A stretch of DNA of 57,290 nucleotides from Clostridia bacterium (GTDB taxonomy: Bacteria > Bacillota > Dehalobacteriia > Dehalobacteriales > Dehalobacteriaceae): positions 1-57,290 of the forward strand of contig DUPU01000107.1 of assembly GCA_012838175.1 (NCBI GenBank). Reading direction: 5' to 3'. Every line of letters begins with the position of its first letter. Positions within the stretch are counted from its first letter, which is position 1. Below the pieces are notes generated by a model. The model saw only the letters and a list, made by a program, of their open reading frames with translations, searched no databases and was not told the origin of the DNA. The position numbers were made by a program, and so were the translations under genes. Positions 37,341 to 47,590 of the stretch are shown in pieces.

Positions 37341-38150
37341 TTATTGCCTCCCTATATTTTTGTTTAAAAGTTTATGCCAGGGCATTAACAAGTCCTGTAT
37401 CAGAGAAATCCCTTTAAACAGCAACATGCTCATTATCACGATCAACAAAATCACCGCAAACATTTTATCCAGTGCAAAAGAATGCTTTACCCTAAGCATG
37501 TACACTCCCAGGCCTCCCTCACCTCCCAACCATTCCCCTATTACAGCCCCCATGATGCTATAAGTTGCCGCTATCCTCAGCCCGGAAAAGAAGTTAACCA
37601 TGGAAGCAGGAAACTTCAATATCCGGAAAGTTTGCAGCCGGTTAGCACCCATAGATTTCAACATATTCAGCATATCTACATCCACGGAGTTTAATCCGTC
37701 CAACAAACTTATAACTATTGGGAAAAAGCACACCAGTATCACCACAATTACTTTCGGTAACAGGCCGAATCCAAACCAGATGACAAATAGGGGCGCCAAA
37801 GCAATGATCGGTACCGTCTGTGAAACGACTAAAAGAGGATAAACAGCTTTCTTAAGGAGCTTGATGCTGTCCATGAGCACAGCAAGAATCACGGCAAAGC
37901 ATATGGCTATGAAAAATCCGGTAAATGCCTCTTTTAAAGTAATAATAATGTGGGATTTGAGACCGGGCAAAATCTGCACAAAAGTTACTATCGTATCCAA
38001 AGGAGAAGGGAGTATGTACTTCTGCACAATGCCTTGGTCCACCACCACCTGCCACGTTATTAAGAGAATGAACAGGAATAAGGACGGGACCCCTTTAGTT
38101 GCAGCTTGACTGACCTTTTTCCTTGTTTCTGTACTTTCCAACCTTTTCAT
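37341..38150 (-). CDS. thiX: ABC transporter permease (ThiX-like)
   Basis: 269 aa. Multi-TM protein with an EAA-like loop (LKSMGANRLQTFRILKFPA). Confidence 0.8.
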   Translation of the reverse strand: MKRLESTETRKKVSQAATKGVPSLFLFILLITWQVVVDQGIVQKYILPSPLDTIVTFVQILPGLKSHIIITLKEAFTGFFIAICFAVILAVLMDSIKLLKKAVYPLLVVSQTVPIIALAPLFVIWFGFGLLPKVIVVILVCFFPIVISLLDGLNSVDVDMLNMLKSMGANRLQTFRILKFPASMVNFFSGLRIAATYSIMGAVIGEWLGGEGGLGVYMLRVKHSFALDKMFAVILLIVIMSMLLFKGISLIQDLLMPWHKLLNKNIGRQ

Positions 38151-38412
38151 CCATCGTCACACCTTCTGGTTTGAAATCAATTTTAACTACCGAAAGCACC
38201 CTGGTGGCACCTTCATTTACACAGATATCCTGGGCTTTTTTCACAATTTCCAGTAGCTGATCAAGCTCACCCTCCATGGTAGTTTCCATTGGTCCAACCT
38301 CATATTTGACTTCACAAGAATCTATGTATGCGATAACCTTATCAATTACCTCATATATCCTTTCATCACTGACTCTTGGTATCACCTGAAGGCTTACATT
38401 GACAACAGGCAT
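38095..38412 (-). CDS. MTH1187/YkoF/DUF77 family thiamine-binding protein
   Basis: Start MPVVNVSLQVIP follows GGAGTG. Typical DUF77 sequence (KYEVGPMETTMEGELDQLLEIVKKA). First gene after the TPP riboswitch. Confidence 0.75.
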   Translation of the reverse strand: MPVVNVSLQVIPRVSDERIYEVIDKVIAYIDSCEVKYEVGPMETTMEGELDQLLEIVKKAQDICVNEGATRVLSVVKIDFKPEGVTMDEKVGKYRNKEKGQSSCN

Positions 38413-38455
38413 TTTACTCACTCCTTTCAGACACAATTTATTATTTAATTTTGTA

Positions 38456-38495
38456 TAAAAAACTAAACCCTTTATCCTAAAACAGATAAAGGGTT
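38456..38495 (-). terminator. Intrinsic terminator acting as the TPP riboswitch expression platform
   Basis: The minus strand reads AACCCTTTATC-N8-GATAAAGGGTT followed by a T-run. Confidence 0.7.
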
Positions 38496-38520
38496 ACATT
38501 ACTAAAAGAATAACAATATA

Positions 38521-38603
38521 CTCCCTACGCCGGCATTATCCGTTTCAGGTTTATGGGTCGGAACGTACAGTTCCCTCTCAGCCGGTTGCCCAGCTCCCCA
38601 GGT
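38521..38603 (-). promoter_or_regulatory. TPP (THI-box) riboswitch aptamer
   Basis: The minus strand reads GGGGAGCTGGGCAACCGGCTGAGAGGGAACTGTACGTTCCGACCCATAAACCTGAAACGGATAATGCCGGCGTAGGGAG. It contains the conserved CTGAGA, ACCTGA and GGATAATGCC..CG.AGGGA blocks. Confidence 0.93.
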
Positions 38604-38626
38604 TTTTCTATTATACTTCATCTACC

Positions 38627-38655
38627 ATGATAGTACATTCATTCCATTATGTCAA
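38627..38655 (-). promoter_or_regulatory. Sigma-A type promoter of the TPP riboswitch operon
   Basis: The minus strand reads TTGACA-N17-TATCAT. A TATAAT also lies 11 nt further downstream. Confidence 0.5.
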
Positions 38656-38863
38656 CGGGGCAGCACTTATTCCTCACCAAACAAAGTTTAGAAGTTCAAA
38701 ATATAAGGAGGCGATAAGATGTACAATCTTTCCCCTTCCAGCCGAAAACTGAGAAAAACCCCTTAACTTCAAGGGGTTTTCATTTTTGGCACATTTATAT
38801 GCGATAAGGAGGGGGTTCGCCTGCCTTTACTTGATACCTAGATGGAAAGAATTTAAACGATAA

Positions 38864-39355
38864 TTAAAACCTCGAGTTTTCATAGTTGAAAGGTATGCTT
38901 GTTCCGACAACCACATCTTCGATTCTATTAATAATCAGCCAATCATCCATATTTGCCTGACGGTCAAAATCCAAAGGAGGTATTTCTTCAACATCTGTGA
39001 ATTCAATCAGGCAAAGGCACTTCTTATGCCATCTTTCTTTTTGTTTTTCCGATAAATTTAGTTTGTTTTGATTTTCTTCAAGAATTCTGTTTATCTCAAG
39101 ATCTGTTAACTTTGTATAATTCTGTACACTTACTACCCTTCCCTTGGCAGAAATTTTCCCAGTTCCTTTTTTAATGAAGTATAAGACTTCGTCTTCAAAA
39201 ACCCGACTATGAGGAATTTTTCTGCCTGCTGCTCCGCGAATTACCATTGTTTTTGAACCATTAAGAATTTTTTCCAAGACCATTTCTTTATCATCACAAT
39301 AAACAAGATGTACCATTGACTCTTCTCCAATCCTAATCTTTTTTTTAAAAAACAT
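38864..39355 (-). CDS. ASCH (PUA-like) domain protein, unknown function
   Basis: 163 aa (or 150 aa from MVHLVY at 39316). GSKTMVIRG resembles the ASCH G-x-K-T-x-E-x-R motif. Lies in an AT-rich stretch. Confidence 0.5.
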   Translation of the reverse strand: MFFKKKIRIGEESMVHLVYCDDKEMVLEKILNGSKTMVIRGAAGRKIPHSRVFEDEVLYFIKKGTGKISAKGRVVSVQNYTKLTDLEINRILEENQNKLNLSEKQKERWHKKCLCLIEFTDVEEIPPLDFDRQANMDDWLIINRIEDVVVGTSIPFNYENSRF

Positions 39356-39675
39356 TTGTAAATAAAAGGAAGTAAATACTTAACCAATTACGAAGGGAAT
39401 TCTTTGTTTGTAGCTGCTGCTATATAGTAGTCAAATCCTTACCCTTCTTTTACTGAATGAATATAAGAGCCAGACAACCCCTTTTATTTACTTTTACATG
39501 AGTCTATCACATAATTTTCCATAGGTCATTATATTATCGCTAAACCCCCTTAAAATAATGAAAAGTCTTCTTTTTTCTTCTGGTTATTCATGGGACGGAA
39601 GAGCCAAGAGAGTAGTATCCCCCATTTTTTTTGGTTATAATAAACTATCATTACTTAATGAAAGGAAGTGATAAA

Positions 39676-41703
39676 ATGACTAATTTACACAGAGTACCCA
39701 ATAGATTGATAAACGAAAAATCCCCGTATTTACTCCAGCATGCTTATAATCCGATAGATTGGTACACCTGGAATAATGAAGCATTTGAAAAAGCTAAAAC
39801 TGAAAATAAGCCGATATTTCTTTCTATCGGTTATTCTACCTGTCATTGGTGCCATGTCATGGAAAGAGAGTCCTTTGAAGATGAGGAAATAGCAGACATA
39901 TTAAATAAACATTTTATTTCCATTAAAGTGGACCGGGAAGAACGCCCGGACATCGACCATATTTATATGACCGTGTGCCAGACCATGACCGGTCATGGGG
40001 GGTGGCCTCTCACCGTGGTAATGACTCCGGATAAAGAACCCTTCTTCTCCGGTACTTATTTCCCTAAAACAGGACGGGGCGGAATGCCCGGCTTGAAGGA
40101 AATTCTCCTTAACATTGCCCGTTTATGGGAAAAGGATAGGCAAAAGGTACTGCACTCAGGCAAGCAAATAACGGAGTCCCTGAAGCATCATTTATCCCGG
40201 GAGCAATCCCCCAGCGAACTGGATGAATCTGTGCTTCATGACGCCTATCGTCAATTGGAGCAGGATTTTGACCCTGTTTACGGCGGTTTTGGCCGGGCAC
40301 CCAAATTCCCCATACCCCACAACTTATATTTTCTCTTACGCTACTGGAAAATATATGGTGAAGAAAAAGCTTTGGAGATGGTGGAGAAAACCTTGAGACA
40401 TATGTTTCAAGGAGGCATTTACGACCATATTGGCTGCGGTTTTTCCCGCTACTCCACTGACGAAAAATGGCTGGTCCCCCATTTTGAAAAAATGCTTTAT
40501 GATAATGCTTTGCTGGCCATAGCTTATCTTGAGGCTTACCAAGCAACAAAGAAGGAGCTATATAAAGAAGTGGCGGAAGAAATCCTTACCTATATCAGGC
40601 GCGATATGGTCTCTCCGGAAGGAGGATTTTACTCTGCAGAGGATGCAGATTCCGAAGGTATTGAAGGAAAATTCTATATTTGGACTCCGGAAGAAGTCAA
40701 GAATATCCTGGGAACAATAGAGGGAGAAGAATTTTGCCGTTTCTACGATATTTCCGACAGAGGCAACTTTGAAGGTAAAAATATTCCTAACCTTATCGGA
40801 AAGGAAAATCTATCCCAAAGAAAGGTTTTTCATGCTCAAAGAAATAAGCTTTTTAACCATAGGGAAAAAAGAATCCATCCATTTAAAGACGACAAAATCC
40901 TTACCTCTTGGAACGGTTTGATGATCGCAGCCATGAGCCTGGCCGGCCGAGTTTTCCGTAATGATATATGGACTAAAACTGCCGCTGAAGGAGCGGATTT
41001 TATCCTGAAGAAATTAAGAAATAAAGACGGCCGGTTATTGGCCCGTTTCAGAAAAGGCGAGGCAGCATATTTGGGTTATATTGATGATTACGCTTTTCTC
41101 ATTTGGGGATTAATTGAGCTTTACCAAGCTGGCTTCGCATCTAAATACCTATTGGAAGCCCTTAAACTATCCCATGACCTCATCCTCCGTTTTGAGGATA
41201 AAGAAAGGGGCGGTTTTTTCCTTTACGGGGATGATGGAGAACACCTGATTGCCCGGCCCAAGGAAGTATATGATGGAGCAACCCCGTCCGGCAATTCTGT
41301 AACCGCTCTTAATTTCCTGCGTTTAGCCCGGCTCACCGGACAGCAGGAATGGGAAGAAAAAGCCCATGCTATTTTTAAGGCCTTGGGGGAAAGTGTAAAA
41401 AGGTATCCGGCAGGGTACACTTTCCTCCTTATGTCATACCTGTTTTCTTTGGGACCAACCCAGGAAATAGTGCTGTCCGGCGATTTGTCCAGTACGGAAG
41501 GTCAAGAGATGATAGATATTCTAAGAACCAGGTTTCTTCCCCACACCATAACTCTCAAAGCGGACCCGGTATTGGCAGAAACTATCCCTTTAGTCAAAGA
41601 ATATCCGTCTAAAGGAAACAAAGCTACAGCCTACATCTGCCACAACTTTTCCTGCCAGGCCCCTACTACCGACCCTGGGGAAATGCTGGGAAAAATTCAA
41701 TAA
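39676..41703 (+). CDS. yyaL: Thioredoxin-domain protein YyaL (DUF255 + six-hairpin glycosidase-like domain)
   Basis: About 675 aa from [28 protein letters not shown] and [10 protein letters not shown] motifs. Confidence 0.9.
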   Translation: MTNLHRVPNRLINEKSPYLLQHAYNPIDWYTWNNEAFEKAKTENKPIFLSIGYSTCHWCHVMERESFEDEEIADILNKHFISIKVDREERPDIDHIYMTVCQTMTGHGGWPLTVVMTPDKEPFFSGTYFPKTGRGGMPGLKEILLNIARLWEKDRQKVLHSGKQITESLKHHLSREQSPSELDESVLHDAYRQLEQDFDPVYGGFGRAPKFPIPHNLYFLLRYWKIYGEEKALEMVEKTLRHMFQGGIYDHIGCGFSRYSTDEKWLVPHFEKMLYDNALLAIAYLEAYQATKKELYKEVAEEILTYIRRDMVSPEGGFYSAEDADSEGIEGKFYIWTPEEVKNILGTIEGEEFCRFYDISDRGNFEGKNIPNLIGKENLSQRKVFHAQRNKLFNHREKRIHPFKDDKILTSWNGLMIAAMSLAGRVFRNDIWTKTAAEGADFILKKLRNKDGRLLARFRKGEAAYLGYIDDYAFLIWGLIELYQAGFASKYLLEALKLSHDLILRFEDKERGGFFLYGDDGEHLIARPKEVYDGATPSGNSVTALNFLRLARLTGQQEWEEKAHAIFKALGESVKRYPAGYTFLLMSYLFSLGPTQEIVLSGDLSSTEGQEMIDILRTRFLPHTITLKADPVLAETIPLVKEYPSKGNKATAYICHNFSCQAPTTDPGEMLGKIQ

Positions 41704-41712
41704 CACACTTGA

Positions 41713-41753
41713 TAAACAGGGCTTTCCTCCATTGAAGAAAGCCCTGTTTATTT
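41713..41753. terminator. Bidirectional terminator between yyaL and the HD-GYP gene
   Basis: AAACAGGGCTTTC-N11-GAAAGCCCTGTTTATTT. Confidence 0.7.
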
Positions 41754-41756
41754 AAA

Positions 41757-42854
41757 TCAAATAATGTTTAACAATTCTTCTTCATCTCCGTTTAAAATTC
41801 GGACTATGTAGAGGTCTCCCCGATCCACCAGAGATACCTCCCTTTTTAGCTTATCCTCCCGGCCAAAGCGATTACAAAGTATTTGCACCCGAGGAAAAAG
41901 AGGATACCCTCGCGGTGTATCAAGAACTAAGGCAATGCTTCCGTCGTTAAGTTCTACTATAGCCCCCCGGGGATATACAGCAATATTGTATAAAAAAGCA
42001 TTCACCACATTTTCTTTAAAATAATAATTGCCCGAAGCGGCGCACATTTCAAAAGCTTCGTTAGGTGAATAAGCCTTCCGGTAGATACGGTCAGAAGCAA
42101 TAGCATCGAAACGATCGGCAATACCGACTACCTGGACATACTCTGGAATCTTCTCTCCGGGAATACCGGAAGGATAACCGGAGCCATCATAGTTTTCATG
42201 GTGGTGCAAAGCAATTATCGCCGTACTCCCTCTTAAATTATTCGCCTCTTTTATCAGTTCGTAGCCAAAGGAGGTATGCATTTTTACAATTTCAAACTCC
42301 TCCACAGTCAGTTTTCCCGGCTTATTAATAATATTTTCCGGTATCTTAATTTTACCCAAATCATGCAGCAGGGCTCCCACGCCTAAGTCAGTCAGCTTTG
42401 TGCCTCTATAACCCAAGGTAATACCTGTCATCAAAGCCATAATGCATACATTGACAGAGTGAGAAAAAATATAATCATCATAAGAGTAGAGATAGGAGAG
42501 ATAGAAAATAGCGTCCTTATTCTGAAAAATCTCGCTGATAAAACTATTTACAGTATCATAAAGTTCTTCCGGATTTACTAAAAGTTTCCCTGTGACTTTG
42601 GTATTCATAGTAATATCTCTGATTTTCCGTATCGTGGCAATCCGAGTTTTTAAAGAGACCACTTCGTTTACCTCAAGCCCGGTGAAGACTTCATCTTCAA
42701 TCCAAACATAACTGAGACCCAAATCCCGCAGTCGACAAATATAGGTATCGGTTAAGGTAACTCCCGGAACCAAAAGCTCATCAGATCTACTGTTGTAAAT
42801 AGGACTACCCAGTTTCATCCCCGGTTTTAGGCAGGAAATACTTATCCGACGCAT
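41757..42854 (-). CDS. HD-GYP domain c-di-GMP phosphodiesterase
   Basis: HDLGK and HHENYDGSGYP motifs. Start chosen at MRRISIS (42854), after AAGGTGG. The longer track start lies in AT-rich non-coding-looking sequence. Confidence 0.85.
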   Translation of the reverse strand: MRRISISCLKPGMKLGSPIYNSRSDELLVPGVTLTDTYICRLRDLGLSYVWIEDEVFTGLEVNEVVSLKTRIATIRKIRDITMNTKVTGKLLVNPEELYDTVNSFISEIFQNKDAIFYLSYLYSYDDYIFSHSVNVCIMALMTGITLGYRGTKLTDLGVGALLHDLGKIKIPENIINKPGKLTVEEFEIVKMHTSFGYELIKEANNLRGSTAIIALHHHENYDGSGYPSGIPGEKIPEYVQVVGIADRFDAIASDRIYRKAYSPNEAFEMCAASGNYYFKENVVNAFLYNIAVYPRGAIVELNDGSIALVLDTPRGYPLFPRVQILCNRFGREDKLKREVSLVDRGDLYIVRILNGDEEELLNII

Positions 42855-43160
42855 TTCTATCCACCTTAACTTAATTGTTTTTAAAAAAGCTGGAAAGTTA
42901 TTAAAAACAATTAAAATACCATAATTTTTCATGTTTTTCGACATAAATAATTTTGTTCCTGCTATTACAATACAAATATTTTTCTTTATATACAAAATTT
43001 TCGGATTTAACTTAAGAAAACGAGAAAAAATGTCGATAATTAATTTGAAAACCATTATTTATCACTTTATTATAATTAAATTATAATTAACTGACCACTG
43101 GGAGCAGTGACAAAACCGCAGCACTTAAATAAACATCATGAAAGTAAAGGGGGCGATTAA

Positions 43161-45134
43161 TTGCCGACATCTAATATGGAACCAATGTTCGAATTGTTTT
43201 ATTTCGAAACCGGCCAATATTTAAGACAACTGGAACAATTAATAATAAACGGAGAAAAGTCTAACCACTTTTCCGACTCTGCTATTGACGAAGTATTTCG
43301 TATTATGCATAACATTAAAAGTTCTTCTGCTATGATGCATTTGACCAATATTTCTTCCTTGGCGCATGCAATGGAAGATTTGTTCTTTTTTCTCCGGGAA
43401 GAGAAGCCGGAAAATGTAGATTTTTCTACTCTGTCCGACCTTATTTTAAACGGGGTTGATTTTATCAAAGTAGAACTGGAAAAAGTTAAAAACGGAGACC
43501 CTGCGGACGGCGATAATACCGGTCTGATTGGCAACATAAAAAATTATCTTAATGAACTGAAACAAAAAAACTCTGCCCTTGATAATATAAAAGCCGTTGT
43601 ATATTTTGAAGAAGGCTGTGAAATGGAAAACATCAGGGCCTTTAACATTGTGCATCAGCTTAAGGAGATAGCAGAAATAATCCGTTACATACCCGAAGAC
43701 ATAATGGAAAATGATCAAAGTGCTGAGGTTATTAAAAAGCAAGGTTTTCAGATAATCATCAAAACCCACCGTCCTATTAAAGAAATTCAGAACATTATTT
43801 TAGGTACAGCTTTCGTCCGGGATTTTGAAATAGTGGTACCGGAAAAGGGCGATGAAGTTAACGAAGTTATACCGCTTGGTCCAAACCAAAGTATAGAAAA
43901 AATCTCCGCTTCCACCCCAGAGGTGATGAAGGAGAACAAAAAAAAGACGGAAAAGAATAACATAAACAGCCCCCAACAGATGATTAGCGTGAACGTGACA
44001 AAACTAGACATCCTCCTGGATTTGGTAGGCGAAATGGTGATTGCAGAAGCCATGGTTACACAAAATCCGGATTTAAAAGAATTGGAGTTGAATAATTTTA
44101 AAAAAGCTGCCCGGCAGTTAAGAAAAATTATCAGTGAAATCCAGGATATTGTGATGTCCATCAGGATGGTACCCTTAACGGTTACTTTTCAAAAAATGAA
44201 TCGAATAGTGCGGGATATGTCAAAAAAGCTTAATAAAGACGTGGTGCTGGAAATAGTAGGAGAAGAAACGGAAGTTGATAAAAACATTATTGAGCAAATT
44301 TCCGATCCCTTAATGCACCTGGTGAGAAATGCCATCGACCATGGTTTGGAAAGCAGCGAGGAAAGATTAAAAAAGGGAAAAACAGAACCGGCCAAAGTAA
44401 TAATTGAGGCCAGAAACGCAGGAAATGAAGTTCTTATCCTGGTAAAGGACAACGGAAAAGGATTAGATAAAGAAAAGATCCTGCAGCGGGCCAAAGAAAA
44501 CGGACTATTAACGAAACCGGAAAGCGAACTTACCGATAGGGAGATTTTTAACCATATTTTCTTACCTGGCTTTTCCACTAAAGAAAATGCTACAGAGTTT
44601 TCCGGCCGGGGCGTGGGCATGGATGTAGTCACTAAAAATATTGAAACCATCGGCGGCTCAGTTTTAGTAGACAGCATCCCCGGCGAAGGAACAACTTTCA
44701 CCTTAAAAATTCCTCTTACTTTAGCCATTATCGACGGAATGAATATCCAGGTTGGCGAGTCATGCTATACCATCCCCATTACATCCATAAAGGAATTCTT
44801 TAGGCCGAAAGAAAAGCAGATTATTACGGATCCTGACGGCAATGAAATGATTATGGTGCGGGGACAATGCTATGCCATCATTCGATTGCATGAAGTCTTA
44901 AAGATACAAACCGACATCACCGACCTGACCGCAGGAATAATGATTATGGTAGAAAATGATGAAAAAACAGCCTGTCTCTTTGCAGATACCGTTTTAGGTG
45001 AACAGCAGGTAGTGGTAAAAGCACTGCCCGCTTATATTAAGAAAATCAAAAGATTAGCCGGGTGTGCCCTTTTAGGTGACGGCAGTATCAGTCTGATTCT
45101 TGATATTGCAGGTTTTTTTGAAAGCAGGTCTTAG
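43161..45134 (+). CDS. cheA: Chemotaxis histidine kinase CheA
   Basis: 657 aa. Hpt MHNIKSSSAMM. N box HLVRNAIDHG. G1 DNGKGLD. G2 GRGVGMDVV. C-terminal CheW-like domain. TTG start after AAGGGGG. Confidence 0.93.
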   Translation: MPTSNMEPMFELFYFETGQYLRQLEQLIINGEKSNHFSDSAIDEVFRIMHNIKSSSAMMHLTNISSLAHAMEDLFFFLREEKPENVDFSTLSDLILNGVDFIKVELEKVKNGDPADGDNTGLIGNIKNYLNELKQKNSALDNIKAVVYFEEGCEMENIRAFNIVHQLKEIAEIIRYIPEDIMENDQSAEVIKKQGFQIIIKTHRPIKEIQNIILGTAFVRDFEIVVPEKGDEVNEVIPLGPNQSIEKISASTPEVMKENKKKTEKNNINSPQQMISVNVTKLDILLDLVGEMVIAEAMVTQNPDLKELELNNFKKAARQLRKIISEIQDIVMSIRMVPLTVTFQKMNRIVRDMSKKLNKDVVLEIVGEETEVDKNIIEQISDPLMHLVRNAIDHGLESSEERLKKGKTEPAKVIIEARNAGNEVLILVKDNGKGLDKEKILQRAKENGLLTKPESELTDREIFNHIFLPGFSTKENATEFSGRGVGMDVVTKNIETIGGSVLVDSIPGEGTTFTLKIPLTLAIIDGMNIQVGESCYTIPITSIKEFFRPKEKQIITDPDGNEMIMVRGQCYAIIRLHEVLKIQTDITDLTAGIMIMVENDEKTACLFADTVLGEQQVVVKALPAYIKKIKRLAGCALLGDGSISLILDIAGFFESRS

Positions 45135-45172
45135 AATTTTATATCATCTAACAGAGAAAGGAGATATAAAAC

Positions 45173-45667
45173 ATGGTGGATATTCAAGACAAAGAATTGT
45201 TAGAACTGGAGGAAGACACTCTGAAAGGTAAGTATCTTACTTTTTCATTGGGAAGCGAATATTTTGGTATTGAAATCAAACATGTGATAGAAATAATCGG
45301 ACTCCAGCCCATTACCCCCGTACCTGAGCTTCCCGACTATATTAAGGGGATTATTAATCTTAGAGGCAGAATTATTCCTGTGATGGATGTAAGGATTAGA
45401 TTTAAAAAGCCTCCGATGGAATATGATGACCGGACTTGCATCATTGTAGTTGAAGTTAAGGATATTTCCGTCGGCTTGATCGTAGACAGCGTATCCGAGG
45501 TGTTAACCTTGCCGGAGGAAGACATTGTCCCTCCGCCGGAATTAGCTAAAACCGGGAACAGATATATTAAAGCCATCGGAAAAGTAGGAGATAATATTAA
45601 ACTCCTTTTGGATTGTGATAAACTTCTTAACGATGATGAAACGGAATTATTAAGCGAAATTCAATAA
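45173..45667 (+). CDS. cheW: Chemotaxis coupling protein CheW
   Basis: 164 aa single CheW domain ([15 protein letters not shown]...[14 protein letters not shown]). Confidence 0.92.
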   Translation: MVDIQDKELLELEEDTLKGKYLTFSLGSEYFGIEIKHVIEIIGLQPITPVPELPDYIKGIINLRGRIIPVMDVRIRFKKPPMEYDDRTCIIVVEVKDISVGLIVDSVSEVLTLPEEDIVPPPELAKTGNRYIKAIGKVGDNIKLLLDCDKLLNDDETELLSEIQ

Positions 45668-45693
45668 ACAATTTTGTAAAGGGGTATCATTTC

Positions 45694-47532
45694 ATGAAAT
45701 GGTTTAATAATATTAAGATTTATAAAAAACTGGTTCTCGGCTTTTTTATAATTGCAATGATTGCAGCAGCAGTAGGTTTTTTTGGTGTCAATAACATTCG
45801 CGAAATAGTTAATGCTGATAAGTTGCTTTATGAAGAAAATACCTTGGGAATTGATTACATCGGACATGCCTCTACCCATTATCAAAACCTAAGATTTTAT
45901 ACCATGGAATTGTTAATTGTTGATAATGAGGCAAAATATGAAGACTATATGAAAAACATTCAAAGCAACACTGCCGCCGCTGATGACTATATCAAGAAAT
46001 ATGAAGCGGGTATTATTACGGAAGAAGACCAATTGCTGTTTGATAATATGAACGCTCTTTGGCATCAATATAAAACTCTGATCCAAAATGTGATCAAGAT
46101 GGTTGAAGGAGATCAAAAAGAACATGCTCTGACCCTGTTTTTAGGAAACGGGGATATTATCGGCAACTCATTGGAAATCTCCTTTGATAAGATGATGGAT
46201 TATAATTCCACCGGAGCAAAAGCACGGGCAGATTATAATTCCGAATTGGCGGAAAAAGCTACCCTTACCATGATTATCGCCCTGATTATTGCTGTGATTC
46301 TGGCTATTGTCTTAGGATTAATTATCGCCAGATTAATAAGCAAACCTATAGAAAAACTAGTAGACGCTTCCAATAAACTGGCTATGGGGGATATTAATGT
46401 AAAAATTGAAAACACCAGAAAAGATGAAATCGGTAAACTAATGGAGTCATTCGGCGCTGTAGTTGCCAATCTCCGCGGCCATGCCCTGGCTGCCGAAAGA
46501 TTAGCGGCATATGATTTTACAGTCCATGTGGATGTTAAATCGGAAAAAGACATCTTAGGCAAGAATTTAGCTAAAATGACCGATGACCTAAACCAATTTA
46601 TCTCAAGCATTAAAACAGCAGCAGAACAGGTAGCTTCGGGTGCCAAACAAATATCTGATTCCAGTATGGCCCTTTCCCAAGGAGCAACAGAACAGGCAAG
46701 CACCATTGAAGAATTAACTGCTTCTATTCAAGAGATCGCCGCCCAAACTGAAAAAAATGCGGAAAACGCCAACCTAGCTAATGAGCTGGCGGAAAATGCC
46801 AAGGAAAATGCCGCCCAGGGAAATAACCAAATGAAAGAAATGCTGAAAGCCATGGATGAAATTAATATATCCTCCGGCAACATTTCTAAAATAATCAAGG
46901 TTATTGAAGAAATTGCCTTCCAGACAAATATTCTGGCTCTAAATGCCGCCGTGGAAGCTGCCCGGGCCGGACAATACGGCAGAGGATTTGCCGTGGTAGC
47001 CGAAGAAGTTCGAAATCTGGCAGCCCGTTCTGCCAATGCTGCCAAGGAAACCACAGAACTAATTGAAGGGTCCATTAAAAAGGTTGAAGGAGGTACCAAA
47101 TTAGCCCATGAAACAGCCTCAGCCTTAAATAATATTGTAGAAAGGGTAACCAAGGCGGCCACTCTGGTAAATGATATCGCTATAGCCTCCAACGAACAGG
47201 CTTTGGGTATTAACCAGATTAATGAAGGAATTATGCAAGTATCTCAGGTTGTCCAAACTAACTCCGCCACTTCTGAGGAAGGTGCGGCAGCCAGCGAAGA
47301 ACTGGCCTCCCAAGCTGAACTCTTAAAGCAGCAGGTGGCCAACGCCAAACTTAAAGAAAACAATTATACCATGAAAGAAGCAGACAGTTTAAGTCCCGAA
47401 AATGGGAAAAAGGCCGATGAAATATCGGAAAAATCAGAAGAAAAAGAACCCCCTCCGCAAGCTGAAAATAATACCGCTCTCCCCGAAAAAAAGGAAATTA
47501 AATTGAGTGATGAGGAATTCGGCAAATACTAA
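45694..47532 (+). CDS. Methyl-accepting chemotaxis protein (4-helix-bundle sensor, HAMP, MA domain)
   Basis: 612 aa. Two TM segments, HAMP, and the highly conserved signalling hairpin [39 protein letters not shown]. Confidence 0.93.
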   Translation: MKWFNNIKIYKKLVLGFFIIAMIAAAVGFFGVNNIREIVNADKLLYEENTLGIDYIGHASTHYQNLRFYTMELLIVDNEAKYEDYMKNIQSNTAAADDYIKKYEAGIITEEDQLLFDNMNALWHQYKTLIQNVIKMVEGDQKEHALTLFLGNGDIIGNSLEISFDKMMDYNSTGAKARADYNSELAEKATLTMIIALIIAVILAIVLGLIIARLISKPIEKLVDASNKLAMGDINVKIENTRKDEIGKLMESFGAVVANLRGHALAAERLAAYDFTVHVDVKSEKDILGKNLAKMTDDLNQFISSIKTAAEQVASGAKQISDSSMALSQGATEQASTIEELTASIQEIAAQTEKNAENANLANELAENAKENAAQGNNQMKEMLKAMDEINISSGNISKIIKVIEEIAFQTNILALNAAVEAARAGQYGRGFAVVAEEVRNLAARSANAAKETTELIEGSIKKVEGGTKLAHETASALNNIVERVTKAATLVNDIAIASNEQALGINQINEGIMQVSQVVQTNSATSEEGAAASEELASQAELLKQQVANAKLKENNYTMKEADSLSPENGKKADEISEKSEEKEPPPQAENNTALPEKKEIKLSDEEFGKY

Positions 47533-47590
47533 TATAGTTTGAGAGAGAGCAGCTAAATGCTCTCTCTTCACCTTTAAGGCTGGTGAAGTT

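Noticed and set aside
38719-38766. 15-codon mini-ORF (MYNLSPSSRKLRKTP) as a regulatory leader peptide
   Set aside because: No gene lies downstream on the plus strand for it to regulate; the next feature is the 3' end of a convergent gene. It is kept only as a note within the AT-rich-island finding.
47500-47532. C-terminal EEFGKY of the MCP as a CheR/CheB-tethering pentapeptide
   Set aside because: It does not match the xWxxF pentapeptide consensus known from proteobacterial receptors, and I cannot support a tethering role from sequence alone.
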